Of a stretch of 64,000 nt of DNA, positions 48,590 to 61,839 are shown in pieces. Position 1 is the stretch's first letter; each line of letters starts with the position of its first letter. The position numbers were made by a program, and so were the translations under genes. The notes under the pieces are model-generated. The model did not search any database. It was not told the DNA's origin and saw nothing but the letters and a program-made list of their open reading frames with translations. The stretch comes from Hydrolagus colliei (taxonomy: Eukaryota): positions 3,348,001 to 3,412,000 of the forward strand of contig CM068769.1 in the NCBI GenBank assembly GCA_035084275.1, in the 5' to 3' direction.

Positions 48590-51535
48590 ATAACTAACTC
48601 AGCCAGTTGATCACTTGGACGTTGTCCAGAAGCGATGTCAAAACCAGACTATCTAATGGCCAGAGTTGTAGGGAGTTGTTCGCCTCCCTTCTTTTCCCAG
48701 ACCTTGAGATGGCTCTCCTGCTACTAACTTGGCAATTTCCCAAATGAGTACAATCCTTTGTGCCTTTGTTAATTGTTTATCTCCCTTTTGCTCAAGGTTG
48801 CTGACTGTGCCTGTGTTGTGGATAGATTGTTTTAATTGGTACCCGATTGGAACTAACTATAATTTTTAGTACAGTACCTCCATATCGCAACAGAACCCCA
48901 CGTTGAGAGTGAGAAAATACAATTTTCGATCTCTCACAATTAAACTACGCCTGTATTAATTTAGCAAGTTGTAAATCCCTTTTGTATCATTCTTGCGCAG
49001 CCCTCGGCATAAATAGCATGTAAGCAGAAAATTATAAAACCATAAGACATTATAAAATCACAAAAACATAAGACATGAGAAGTACAGTTCAGAGCATGAC
49101 ATGTGTAGTACAGTTCAGTACAATTAATTAAGCAGATTGATACAGTGGCTGTGATTAGGAATCGACTTTTTTGAAAAAAAACAATACAGTTTGTGTTGAT
49201 TGTAGAATATCTCATTTTTTTTCCAAGATCGGTTAGATTTGTCGTATTTGTTCTCAAACTCAGACCATTTTGGTCACGCATCCAAATCTGTAGTGAGAAA
49301 TTCAACAGCTTGTTTTGACCATTCACTGGTAAAATGCCCTCGAAATTCTATAGAGTTAGCTTTGTATCAGCAAACAAGTCCACGAGTCTTTATAATTTAC
49401 TTTTTGGTCAACATAAGACAAGACCAGAGTGTTCATTTCCCACCTCGAGTGGTCAAGCTGATTACCATCATCAAAATCTTCACGATTCCCTTTTACCTCC
49501 GCCATCACATCAATTTTTGCAACTTATTTTAGCATTTGTAACTACAGCATATCATTATCAATGATACCATGATTAACATAAACAGTACAGCCACAAAAAT
49601 TATGAATACCATTATTGAAATACTGGAATAAACAAACTCAATGTTGCATGAAATATTACAGTATACTGACATTCTTAATGCTATCACTTCTTGAACTGTA
49701 ATGGTGTTTATTCTACCTATCGACCCCATCACCTCGCACTTTACAATACCCGATGCATACAAAACACATACAGTTACCAATGTTCACCATTAACCGGGTT
49801 TCACTTGTCCACTCATTTCCCCCTGAGATGATTGAATGAAATTAAAAGCGAAGATCAGCTTTGTGGGTGGGAGAGTTGGAACGAAAAGTATAAGTTATCC
49901 CAGAAGAAGTGGCTGCATGGAATGCCATGCTTGTCAGTATCTTTAAGAACTAAATTACAAGGTGAAATCGCACGTTTCTTTAAACATTTACAGTTGTTAA
50001 CATGACATTATCATTAACTGCAGAAACACATTCAATCTATGTGGAAACAAAAGGGTTACGTAAATTCATTTTGTTCACATAAACCAGAGTGCCTGCAGTC
50101 AGTGAATTTAAACTGCCCACAGTCAATGGCTGCAGTAAATTCTAACTGCCGCAAGTTAACTGCCACATACTAATTTATCCATATTTAATTTCTACAAACA
50201 TTTTAAGTAAATGCTGGAATACACAAAATAAATGATACATAAATTAAATCAGGCTTTTTTTAAAAAAAAAAATCTTATATATTCAAAAAATATTCTCTAC
50301 TTTATCGCGTCTTGCTTGCATCAAATTTTTCCAAATTATTGTTTGTATCTTTTACTTTGCTATTACTCAGTACATATGGAACGTGGGTAGTATCTGGCTT
50401 GTACTCCGCGTCCAGAGGAAAGTCAGACCTGTCACGGTCCGGTACTTTTAATATAATCCAAAATCTATGGAACATGGATGGTATCTGGCCATACTCCGCG
50501 TCCATAACAATGTCAGACCCACCATTATCCTCTTTAAATGTATACACTACATAAAACATACAACAAAAGCTTCTCTTCAATTTGCTTTCTTTTTTTATTT
50601 TAATTACTGCTCATTCAAGCTAAACCATATACAGGTACAAACATTTTTTTTACACATCTTTTACACTAACAAAAGGTAACACATTGAGCTCAAGTTTTCT
50701 TAAGGACCGTACAGTCATAACTTCCTGTGGGGAAAAACTTTCAATTAGGAGTTTTGTGACTGTTCGGATTGCTCTTTTTAAAGAATAGTTAGGGAGGCAC
50801 AAGGCTATCAATAATATGCAGAGTGGCCGCAAACTCATGTTGTGACTTTTGCCCTTCCCCAAATACTCATTCAAAGGGTCGCAACATACCACATAGAGAC
50901 CGTAGATTCAGATAGCAATTGCTTAAAATTTGTTTCTTTTTTCACCTGACATTTTGTCATCACACTTTCTTTTTAATCAGAACAAGTGGAGTTATTGGAA
51001 CATCAAATCCAAATTGTTTTCATTTCAATTTTATGTGTTTTTACTTATTAAAAAAACGGATTCTCAGTCAGGTTAATTTACAAATTATGCCTGACTTGTT
51101 TGAATTTTCGAATGTAAGTCTCTACATTTAATTTTTTTTATCAATCTACATTTGGTTTTCGACTGTCTGGTCTTTGACTTTCAATTATCTGTTGTAGCAT
51201 AACATAGTTGAACATATAAAACAATTGTATTAAATACAGTAAATATTTTTTATCAATACTTATACTCTAAAATCTTATACTTTACTTTCATGTGTAATAC
51301 TTCACAAATTCTTATACTTTAAATTTTATTCTTTACAACCTTATACTTTAATGTTCTTATTCTACTTGAATTAAAAAACCATGTATTTCTTTTATCGCCG
51401 GCTACTAACGTATTTAACCACGAAATTGACACTTTTGCTTCTATGCTTATATAGAAATTCTTAACCTCTAAAACTTATACTGAAACACCTTATTCTTTAC
51501 CTTTAATCTTATTCTTTATTTCCAAATCTTGTATT

Positions 51536-51817
51536 CTAAAATTTCCAATACTTATAGTATAACTTACTTAATGGCCGGCCTCTAAATAACTTATACTGTA
51601 CATATGTACATGCAGCGTGATGTAGTTTAGGAGTGCGACTCCCCTGTGGTTTATTAGTTCTTTTTTTTAGTCCTTTTCCAGAACCTCGGTTTTTCCATAA
51701 TGGTCTGTTAGCTTGCCCAGATAGTAAACTAAGTTTTGTCTCATATTCAGGGAATAATGTGCACACAATTTCGACTGGATCCTTTGGGCCATTTGCTTTA
51801 TCAAGTATTGTACCCAT
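51536..51817 (-). CDS. Possible Gag matrix-like remnant ORF
   Basis: First sizeable ORF after the PBS and leader with a strong start context (AAAATGG); begins with Met-Gly and contains W..xGS. Assignment rests on position and weak motifs only. Confidence 0.35.
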   Translation of the reverse strand: MGTILDKANGPKDPVEIVCTLFPEYETKLSLLSGQANRPLWKNRGSGKGLKKRTNKPQGSRTPKLHHAACTYVQYKLFRGRPLSKLYYKYWKF

Positions 51818-52792
51818 TTTATGTTACACCGGGGTATACTTATAATTCAGAATCAATAATTATTGGGTTTGTATTTCTTCAAACGAATTACACATCTTAT
51901 AACACACGATACAACAAATAACAAATCACATGTCTTTTTTCATGAATCACACTAAAACACAAATAGGCCTTTCTTCAAAACACAAATAGGCCTTTCTTCA
52001 ATTCCCGACACAAAAACTTGTATTTCCCGACACAAAAACTTGTATTTCGCGACATAAAAATATAGACAGACTGGCAGACAAACCAGACAGACAGACAGGA
52101 CAGACCAGACCGACAGGACAGACCAGACAGACAGACCAGACAAACAGAACAGACAGACAAGACAGACCGACCAGTCAGACAGACAAACATAACACCCTAT
52201 ACGACAAGTAACAAATCACAAACAATTGCTGATGCTGGAAGAACTTCATTCATTATCCAAACAAATTAAATCGTTCAAAACTACAAGCACCATTTCTACC
52301 AACATGAGCTACCAACCGTTCAAACCTACAACACCCCTACGAAAACATAGTGGGCAGTTTGGCGATGAGCTCCAATGCGTAATGGGTTAGTTTGTCTAGC
52401 GATTACCAAATTTCCCTGTGTTTCTGTGCTACATCCGTTCAAAACTACCAGCAGGTTAGTTTGTCTTACGGTGAGCTTGTACGTACTCCACGTTATGTAA
52501 TGAACTCCAACCGGTGGCTCCAATTATACCTACACAATTGTTTTTAAAACACAAATTTAGATTTTTTCTAACGTCTTCCACTATATTTTCATCTCCATCG
52601 GATGTATCTTAACGGTTCTTTTATTGGGTCTCGTCAACAGTTACTTAGGTTCGATAGTCGTGGGTCAACATGTGAGAAACCAAGGTTTTACAGATATTTT
52701 ATCTCACCTTGTTGGCCTGTTTCTGGGATGTTGCACCCAACAACTGTTCAATTTCTTATTCGACTACTCGTTCCTTGATGTAACTTTTTGAG

Positions 52793-52810
52793 ACCCTGCT
52801 CGCAGCGCCA
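52793..52810 (-). promoter_or_regulatory. Primer-binding site complementary to the tRNA-Ser 3' end
   Basis: TGGCGCTGCGAGCAGGGT lies 2 nt inside the 5' LTR. Its complement ...ACCCTGCTCGCAGCGCCA resembles vertebrate tRNA-Ser(CGA/TGA) 3' ends. Confidence 0.8.
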
Positions 52811-52812
52811 AA

Positions 52813-53312
52813 TGTGAAGTTGTAATGTTTTGTTCGTTCCCAGAACCGTTGTCTTACAAACAGACCATACACAGTGGATAAGAAAATGTAAAGTTTATTT
52901 GCTATAGCAAGAGCTGATTCTCAGAAGTCAACAGTCTCCAAGTAGAGTACCTGACAGTCAAAAGAATGAGCTGCCGGTGATCAGTTAATGCAGCCTTTTC
53001 ATACCCAAAAAGGCAGGGGTTTACAGTACACACAAAGGCAGTTACAGAAACATTGTCAATCACATGGTTCCAACAACTATTCGATTCAGGCGAAAACAAG
53101 CTTATCTCCAGATGGCGTCTGGACTAGACAACGTCTCAGTTTCTTCAAAGTTTGCAGGAGTTACTGTTCCCTGCCCTGTGAAATACTTAGATAAGGATGC
53201 GACTGGCATTGTGCCAAATCTGCATTTCACAGGACTTGTTTTTTATGTTTAATTGGGTTAATAGTATAGAAGTTACATCTAGGCATAAATGGCAAACATT
53301 TTCAATTTCACA
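52813..53312 (-). repeat. 5' LTR (500 bp)
   Basis: Colinear with 47790-48318 apart from one indel and scattered substitutions; TG...CA termini. Confidence 0.88.
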
Positions 53313-56300
53313 GGAGTGTGTAGGTTTCTAGATGGGTGTGGTGTGGCAAGTTTGTGTGTGTGTGTGTGCATGTCGCGGGTAAGTTTGTTTGTGGGAGGGT
53401 GGGGGTGCGCGGTAGATTTGTGTGGGTGGGAAGGCGTAGGTTGTTAGGTTTGTGTGTGTGGGGGGGGTACGTTTGTGTGTGTGGTGGTGGTGGGCGTACG
53501 TCGATATGTATGTGTGGAGCAGATTTTTGTTGCGTGAGGGTAGACTTGTGCGTGTATGTGTGGGGTAGGTTTGTGCTGGTGTATCCGGGTATGTTTTGTG
53601 TGTGTGGGATGGCGGTGGCTGGGTAGGGTTGTATATATGGGAACGGTAGGTTTGTGTTTGTACTTTTAAAAATGTGTGGAGGGTTACAGTTTGTGAGCGA
53701 GTGGGGAGCGTAGATTTGTATGTGCGTGTGTGTGTGTGTTGGGGGGTAGGTTTGTGGGTGCGTCATGAGGTACGTATGTGTGCGGGTAGGGGGTAGGTTT
53801 GTGTGTGTGGAAAGGCTTAGGTTTGTATTTGAGGGAAGACGTAGGTTTGTGAGTTTGAGGCGGGTTAGGTTTTTGTTTGGGTTGAGTGTAGGTATGTGTG
53901 CGTGTGGGGGTTAGGATTGTTTGTGTTGTGGGAAGATTGTGTGTGGGCGTGGGTTGGTCTCATTTGTGGCAGGGTGATAGGTTTCTGTTTGTGTGGGTGA
54001 GGGGTATTTTTGTGTGCGTGGGAGGGTGTAGGATTGTTTGGGTTCGGGGTAGCTTTGTATATTGGGGGGTGGGTAGGTCCTTTCGTGTGGATGTTGATGT
54101 GTACGTGTTTGGTAGATTTGTGTTGGTGTGTGGGTGTACACTTGTGTGTTTATGTGTGGGCTAGGTTAGTGTTGGTATTTGGTTGCAGGTTTGTGTGTGT
54201 GGGATGGTTTAGGTGTGCATGTGTGTGATAGAGGAGAAGGTTTGTGTCTGGGATGGGGGATCTTGGATGTGCGGGAGTGTGGTAGGTTTGTGTGTGAGGG
54301 TATAGGTTTTTATGTGAGTTGGAGCGTCGGTTTGTGAGTGAGGGTGGTTCTCGATTTATATGTGTGTGGGTTGAGGGGTAGATTGTGTGTGTGGGACAGG
54401 TAGGTTTGTGTGGTGGTAGGGGAGGATAGATGGGGTAGGATGGTGTGTGTGGGGTGTAGATTGTGTGTGGGCGGTAGGTTTGTGTGTGTGTCTTGGGCTA
54501 CGATTTTTGTGTGGGGAGTGTTGCGAGGATTCTTTGTGTTGGGGGTAACAGTGTGTGAGGGTGGATAGGTTTGTGTGTATTTGGAGGGGTGGATGATAGG
54601 TTTTTGTTTGGTAGGTGGTACGTTTGTGTGTTAGGGTGAAAAGTTTGCGTTGGTGTCTGGGGGTAGCTTTGTATGTGTCGATTGGGTGTAGGTTGGTGCG
54701 TGAGTTGGGGTCAGTTTGTTTGTGTGGTGAAATATTTGTGTGGGATAGTAGGTTTGTTTGTGAGTGGTGGTAAAGAGGCTTGTGATGGTGTGTGTGGGGT
54801 TATGTTTGTGTTTGGGTGGTGGGGGGCTGTAGGGTTCTGTGTGGGGGATGGGGGGATTCGGTTTGTTTGAGTGGTGGTAGGTTTGTGTGGGATGGTTGGT
54901 TTGTATGTGTGTGAGTGTATGTTTGTGTGTCTGGGAGGGAGTAGTTTTGTGTTTTTGTGGGGAGGCAGTGGGGTGTGGTGGTCAGACGGTGGGTGTAGAG
55001 AGGCTGAAGGTATCCTCGATTATATCGGAAACTGCTGAGCACAGGGAGCCGCCAGATTGATCTGGGGTAAAACGTTGCAGGTGTAGATGCGAGAAAGGAA
55101 TTTGAAGGTGATGAACGATCAGTATTTTCGTTGTATTCCTGTGTTGGGAAGCCAAAAGAAATGCATCCCTGTGTGACGGGAAGCCAATAGAATCAGAACG
55201 AATAATATTGATACAGTTGCGGAGACATTTGCATGGGATTAAATGGGATGCAAATGTTTGGATTATCTGTAGTTTATGGACGGAGTTGTAGGGACGATAA
55301 GAAGTAGGAAGTTTACATAGTCAAGAATGGATATTATGAATGTGTGAGTGCAGGGGGCGAGAAAGGTGGTTAGTGATAGGCAAATGACCAAAAGCAAAGA
55401 GACCAAATCGTGTACGCAAACGGGCCTTCAAGTAGGCGAGGGAAAGTCAAAGACAACTATACTCCGTGATGGAGTTGCATAGAAGTGGTCTGAATGGGCA
55501 AGACGCAAAAGACACAGTGTTTTTGCCAAGAGAGGAGATATGAAGCAGGCCACTGTCTACATAGTGGGAGGTGTGTGTGCGAAAATGCTTGAATTAAAAA
55601 TTGTGATTAATTCCTATCTTAAGGACACAAAGATACAATACCGCTCGATCTGCATCAGCTCCATCAAAGTATCTTTCGAGTGCACTTCATTCCATTAGAC
55701 CAAGGATAACCAAAGGCCCCTTTCCGCAGAACCAATCACCTCATCCACCCATGCTGTTATGACTCACACTTCCTAAAATCCAATTACAAATGGATTACAA
55801 TCAATGTACTTGTGTCCAAAATGGAAATACTCTACTCTGGTACAACTAACGTCCAATTCCCTCATCCAGTCTGCACCAAATTCTTCATGTGTACAGTCAA
55901 AACATCTCTCCATGTATCTCTCATCTCCCATCTCTTGTGTAAAAGCTGGCGTGGGCTCACATGACCTGTTGCCATGAATACACCGATCAGCTCGAACTTG
56001 TCATCTCTCTTCTCGTCTCTCAACCTCTCCCTCCGCATCCACTCCACCATCTATTTTCGTGGCCACCCACTTAAACTTGTGGCCGTTTTTTCTCGGATAT
56101 CAGCATCATTGGAAAAGCCATCTCTGAACACAACTTCATCTCCTTCAACTTCCCAGTCATTTTAAACAGCGATGCCAAACCCACCACCATCCTACATATG
56201 CATTGGAAGAAAATCTCCACATCATCGATCTCCGGATAACTGGATTCATCTCAATTGGTCCACAGCTGGCCTACGTCCCGTGCGAAGCATCCTACTCACT

Positions 56301-58130
56301 CACTCTCCTCCATAACACTCTCACCGCTAACTTCAATGCTTTTGCACACTCCACTCGCACAATGTCTGTCGAACATCCTCTCTCTCTCTCTCTCTCTGTC
56401 TTTCTGTCTTTCTTTCCTGTTCCATAACTCACACAAGCCCCACCAGTTGGATTCCTCTGCCGCTCACAGCACAGATGTATCTGTGGTCAAGGACTCACAA
56501 GGGAAATCTGTGACACGGACACCCTTTAGCTTCTCGTATTCGTCCACCTCTCTGTGGCATTCGATACTATCGACCAGTTAATCGTCCTCCACTGCACCTC
56601 TTCTATACGCATCCTTCCAGGTTCTTTCATTGATTTGCTTACGACTAATCTGTCACTGCAATTCCAATTGATCGCTGCTAAAATTTTATCTTCCCCATTG
56701 TTGTTGTTCACGTAAACTAATCAACGAAATCAGATCCTAGTAGCAAAGCGTTATCAAAAACAAACTAGGAGATTTTAACCTTTGTAGCACAGAGAGTGGC
56801 AAATCAAAGAGAGAAAATTGTCCTTCAACTAAGCATTACGTTTATCAGACTGCCTCACACATCACGGCCTGGATGAGAGGCAAATTTCTACGGCTGCACA
56901 TCATCTGGACAGAGGACAAACTGATTGCGCCATCGACTCCACAGCTCAATTCTGTTGGTAACATCAGTTTTCACGAATGCACATTCCAGCTCAACAAGCG
57001 AGTCGGAAACCTGGTCGTCTTGTTCGACCCCGAACAGTCCTTTATCCCCGATATCCGTTTCATGACCAATAATAACCTCCATCCACTCCACAACATAGCC
57101 CGGCTCTGCCATTCCCTCACACCACAGGCCGCTGAATCTCTCCTCCCGCAATTGTCACCTCAAGGCTCGACTGCGGAACCTCCCACCCTGTTGGGCTCCC
57201 CAACTCTTGCCTCCAAAAACTGCAGGTCATACAATGCTCTGCACTTCGTATCCTCTCCCGCATTAGGCTCCATGACCACTTTATCCCACTATCCTCTGGC
57301 TCGACTGGAGAGGATACATAATCTTCTTTCTCTCTGATTTGTCCCCAAATTCCAACGTCCTCCTGGCTTGCCTCCCCATCTGCACCACACACAATATTCA
57401 ACTGGCTCAATACTCCAACAATCAGGTACTCACCCAACAAGTTTCTCTATCCTCAACTGACCAGAATTCTATGTTTAATTCCCAATTATTGAATGGATCG
57501 ACTGCACAACCCTGTCACTTGCATTGAATCCACTTCACGACATTGCACATTCCTATGTAACTAATTTGCTTAAAACTAGCACCACCAACAGCTGTCTCCG
57601 CTCAACTTGTTCATTTCTCCGATGTGTCCCTCATCTGCTTCTCTCCACCATTGGAGCCCGCGCCTCCAGCTAATAAATCCCCAAATGCCGGAATAATTTC
57701 CCGTAATGGTTCTGCTCTCGTTCATCACCTTCAAATCCCGCGAAAAAACATTCGTGTTTCATTCGGAATACTATTATGGTTCCCCCAGCCCTGACTCCCA
57801 ACGTCTTAAAGCACCCACTTCCCATGGTTCCGAATCAAACCCCGCCACATGCAAGTGCTCCGGGATGCTACTCCGCATGAAGGGCACAATATAAATGAAA
57901 TTGGTTGTTGTCAGTGATGAAAGAAACGAGCGGTCAGTGTACACAGATGATATATGTGTGCGGAAAAGAGATGATACTGAGGAAACAGCCAGATTTTGGG
58001 ATAATGGTAGAAAACCTAATAGCACTTACGTTTTCATATCTGGCAGATCCCTGCCCAAGTGGATGAATTAGAAGCAATGGGACATTTTGAGTGGTTCATG
58101 TGGACTGCATTGATAAATAAATATGTATAT
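53313..58130 (+). repeat. Segmental duplicate of about 21570-26050 (GT-rich tract plus decayed L2 plus unique flank)
   Basis: Colinear matches, e.g. 23041 gtagagaggctgaag vs about 54995; 23940 atgaatacaccgatcagctcgaa vs about 55975; 26010 gacattttgagtggttc vs 58081. Confidence 0.9.
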
Positions 58131-58263
58131 TCTACACAGTGAATAATGGAGTCAGATACTGGCAGTATTTAACAGCTTTTACCCAAACAAGATGCAGCGT
58201 GTGATGGACTGAAACAAAGACAGCATGAACATTAATATTTGAGAATCTTTTGCTTTAATATTA

Positions 58264-60151
58264 TCAAACGCATCTTCGGTACAAGCAACCAAATGGATAT
58301 TTGATCCCTTTCATCATCTCTTGCCTGAATTTAGTTTGACTCACTGCGTAAATGAAAGTGTTCGTACAACAGCTCAGAAGTCGAAGTAAGTCACCAATTT
58401 GGAGGCCCACCATCGACACGAGAAATATGCTGTCATTTGATGAGTAGAAAATCCGCTCCAATGTAGCCTCAATAACGTATGTGCTCCATAACAGGACAAA
58501 GCTGGCAGATATGGCAAACAGTAAAATGATGGATTTAAATCGGTTCTCCATCACTGTGTCACTTTTGTCGCGCGCTTACTATGATCTCGGAATTCTTTTC
58601 GCACTTTGCTGGCCAATAAAATGTGCCTGACGGTGAAAGCGTTGAACATGAGGATCAGGACGAAGGGAATCACCGGAGTGACAATATGGTGGATGAAAAC
58701 AAATGCTCCCCACGCAGGGGAGAAAAAGAAGAAATCGGCAATTTGGCAAAGCCACGGATGGAAAGCATGAGGCTGGTACCTAAAGTACCAGGGGATGTTA
58801 GTCACGCAGCTCAGCACAGATATTGTTGATATTATTACAGCTGCGTTCCTCTCTGTACAATATGATGTCTTCAACTTTTGACAACAAATGGCCACAACCT
58901 ATCAAAGGAAAATGCAACAGTAAACCAAACAGAGCTGTCTGCCGCGGCGATAAACAGGACAGCGTGGACACTGCAGACAGGATAGAAGCTCATAAAATGA
59001 AAAGAATCATAGTGGAAAGACACTTGTTCCAATATCACATCAAAGACAATGACCAGGGAATCCGCCACTGACAGTGCCAATAGGTAACGGGTAACACACT
59101 TGGACATACCACACTTTGCATGGAACAAGATCGCAATCGCCATGAGATTAACTGAAAAAAAATCAGGTCGAAAGTTACTTTATGAATCAAAGTTAAACAT
59201 TAATATCAGTATTGGACTGGCCAACTGATAGCATATTCGGCCTAGTGTTAGAATATTGAGTTTTCAATTACAATTCTAGGAATCTGAGATTTTAATTTAT
59301 ACTGCATTGAAGTTGTTCAATTCCATTGGATGAGACATTAAATAAATGATCAAATCTTTCCGTTCAAGTCGATCTTGAAAACACATTGATATCAGTTATT
59401 CTTGTTTATAAAAATATCTAGTAACTTAAATTGTAGCTTAGTGAAATGTGGTCATGTCATGTCGAACGGCAGAACACTTTTTCGGGAATATTAATCAGTG
59501 CAGAACAAAATGTTGTCGCTCAATCCACGACTGTTTATGGGGAATTCTTGTGCGCCGATGTCTGCCGGAATTTGCCCACAAAATATCCAGACAATTTACT
59601 TGAACGTGTTTTCTATGTAGCTTCCTGGACGTTTTGGTGACTTTAAATGGTGCTGGGGACACATGTGTTCGAATCCAGGCAGGTAAGAGCGAAAACGTTG
59701 GGAAATTTCCATACTCCACACACACGCCTAATAATAATCCCTCCAAAAAAAAACACAATAATAAAATTGGTCATTTCAATCCACGACAGTGAGTGGGACA
59801 CTGCTGTGCGCAATTGGCTGCCGCAACTTGCCCACAAATATATACAGTCAATTCACCTTACAGTATAGTCTGTGAAGCGCTTTGTGACGTTGATAAGATG
59901 TGCAAAGCGTTATATCAAATGCAAGGATTATTATTATTATTATTATTATTGTGAAGCGATCTGAGACGCCGTTCGGGATGATTGGCCCTACATAAATTGA
60001 AGTTTTTGTTTTTGTTGCTGTTGTAGGACTGAATGTCTGTCTGCATTGTGCTCTAAATAAAGAACCGATTAAATAACTTGCCAGGAATTCCAACAGAATC
60101 CAGTATAGGATAGAACATCTCTTCAATTCGGTAAATTAGTTGAAATGTCAT
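58264..60151 (-). pseudogene. GPR139-like class A GPCR, two exons, two frameshifts
   Basis: Exon 1 60151-60082 (MTFQLIYRIEEMFYPILDSVGIP, GCAAGT donor). Exon 2 59151-58264 (NLMAIAIL, AFSFDR/VAICCQKLK, NAFTVRHIL, SCCTNTFIY). Frame slips lie near 58895 and 58570. Confidence 0.88.
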
Positions 60152-61839
60152 CCTTGCAGGCAAACTAACCTTCCTCTCAGTCTGAGTGGAACTCGTGCAC
60201 TGACAAACTGATAGACCGATAATAGAAGTCGTATTTAAGCAAAATGTACTGCTTCATTGATCAAAGTTATCACATGACTATTGATGATCTCCAGGGATAT
60301 AGAACCACAGACATTTATTCAGCTGCACAAACAACTTTTCATTTGATTGCGTTTACTTCAGCCAGTTGTCTATCACGTGTGGAAAAGCACTAACGTAGTT
60401 ATGATGTCCGAATACACTGTTGGAATGTAGTTTGTAAACTTATATTTAAAAAAAATTGTTTTGCAAAGTAAACAGAGTGATCCACATTTATATTCAATGT
60501 GTGGTGAACAACCAACCGTCTGGAGTGCAGTTCAACATGTATCAAACATTGAGAGACAGAGTAGATCTACACAATTTTGTAAGTGGAGGAATCCAATGAC
60601 ATATGCATGGATTGATCTGCACAGATTGATCCACACATGGGGATTCCTTTATCATTTGATGTAATGATTTACAGTATTTAAACGTCTCAACTTGTTTTTT
60701 CTGGAATGCTCAATTTCTGTGAATTGTAAACAGAAGAGTAACTGGGTCTGCAGTCTCCAATGGACGAGTGTTTCTTTTTAACCTAGGTGATGCATTTTAA
60801 AAAAATTAACAAACGATCCCAAACTACTGAAGAGTTTGACAAACCAACAGGGATAGTTAGCGACTACAATGACAGCCATATCATACGAAGATATAGGGAT
60901 TCATCCAGCAATGCACAGCCCTCTCACTAGCGTTGCACTGCTGTTTGATTTCGTCCAAACCATTTGATCCAAAATCCCGAATTGGAGATGGATACACAAC
61001 ATACTGAATCACATATAATTGTGTTTTCCTCAAGGCCACGTTGAGACCGAGCTTGAATGTTAGACTAATTGGTTATTTCTTAATGAAATGTTTACAACTT
61101 GCAAACTCTTCCAATCGATTACGATTAACAAAACTTATAGAATGTTGTTACATGCAGAATTTTTTTTTGCAATACTTTGCTTGGCTCCCCCCACCTTGCT
61201 TAGCTTGCTTGAGTTTTACTTTACAATTCAACTGCCCTTTTTTGAAAAACAGATATATGTTAATCTCTGCGGATATTAAGCGCTGCGAGACACTACCATT
61301 GTGGAGAATCCTACCAGGAAGGAAATGTCTGTTGCTGTTTTCGTTGCACTTGCAATCTGGTTTAATCTACAGGATGTTCTGATGGTTGTGCAGGGTACAG
61401 CATGGAGACCCGCCAACACAGCCTTCGTACCGTCATTACCAAAATGACAATTCTGTAGTTAACGTTTCTGTTGGCTCCAAGTAGGGTTAGTAATCCAATC
61501 CGGCAACATGTAAGACTGGGCAGGATGAAGATGACGTTAAAAAAAGGCTTTGATGTTCACACAACAGTTGGATGTCAACCAAGACACCGAATTTCAGCAA
61601 CAACTCTGGCAGTGGAAAGTGCCTCCATGGAGTTTGGTGCTTTTAGAGCTGGGCGTCAGTAGACAATCTGACAACGGAGACAATCACGGTAGCTTCTTGC
61701 TATTCAACTGAGAAAGTTGCAGCTTATTCCGGACTTACTGTCCAACTGGTTATAACAAGAGTTCAAGGAACAGATAATGGAGGAAGAGGAAGCTTTGGGT
61801 GTCTGGGAATATAAACACAAATACGTGGGTTGCATTGAT

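Larger units (their letters stand above)
47790..53312 (-). mobile_element. Non-autonomous endogenous retrovirus (LTR-PBS-gag-like remnant-small ORFs-env remnant-PPT-LTR), pol absent
   Basis: Direct repeats 47790-48318 and 52813-53312, each TGTGAA...TTCACA with AATAAA. PBS at 52793-52810, PPT AAAAGGAGGAAA at 48319-48330, env motif GGVCKVIEIECC at 48554-48589. Confidence 0.88.

Noticed and set aside
51940-52190. Short tandem duplications and an (ACAG)n tract as a CRISPR-like array
   Set aside because: No unique spacers; this is simple slippage repeat in the ERV leader of a eukaryotic genome.
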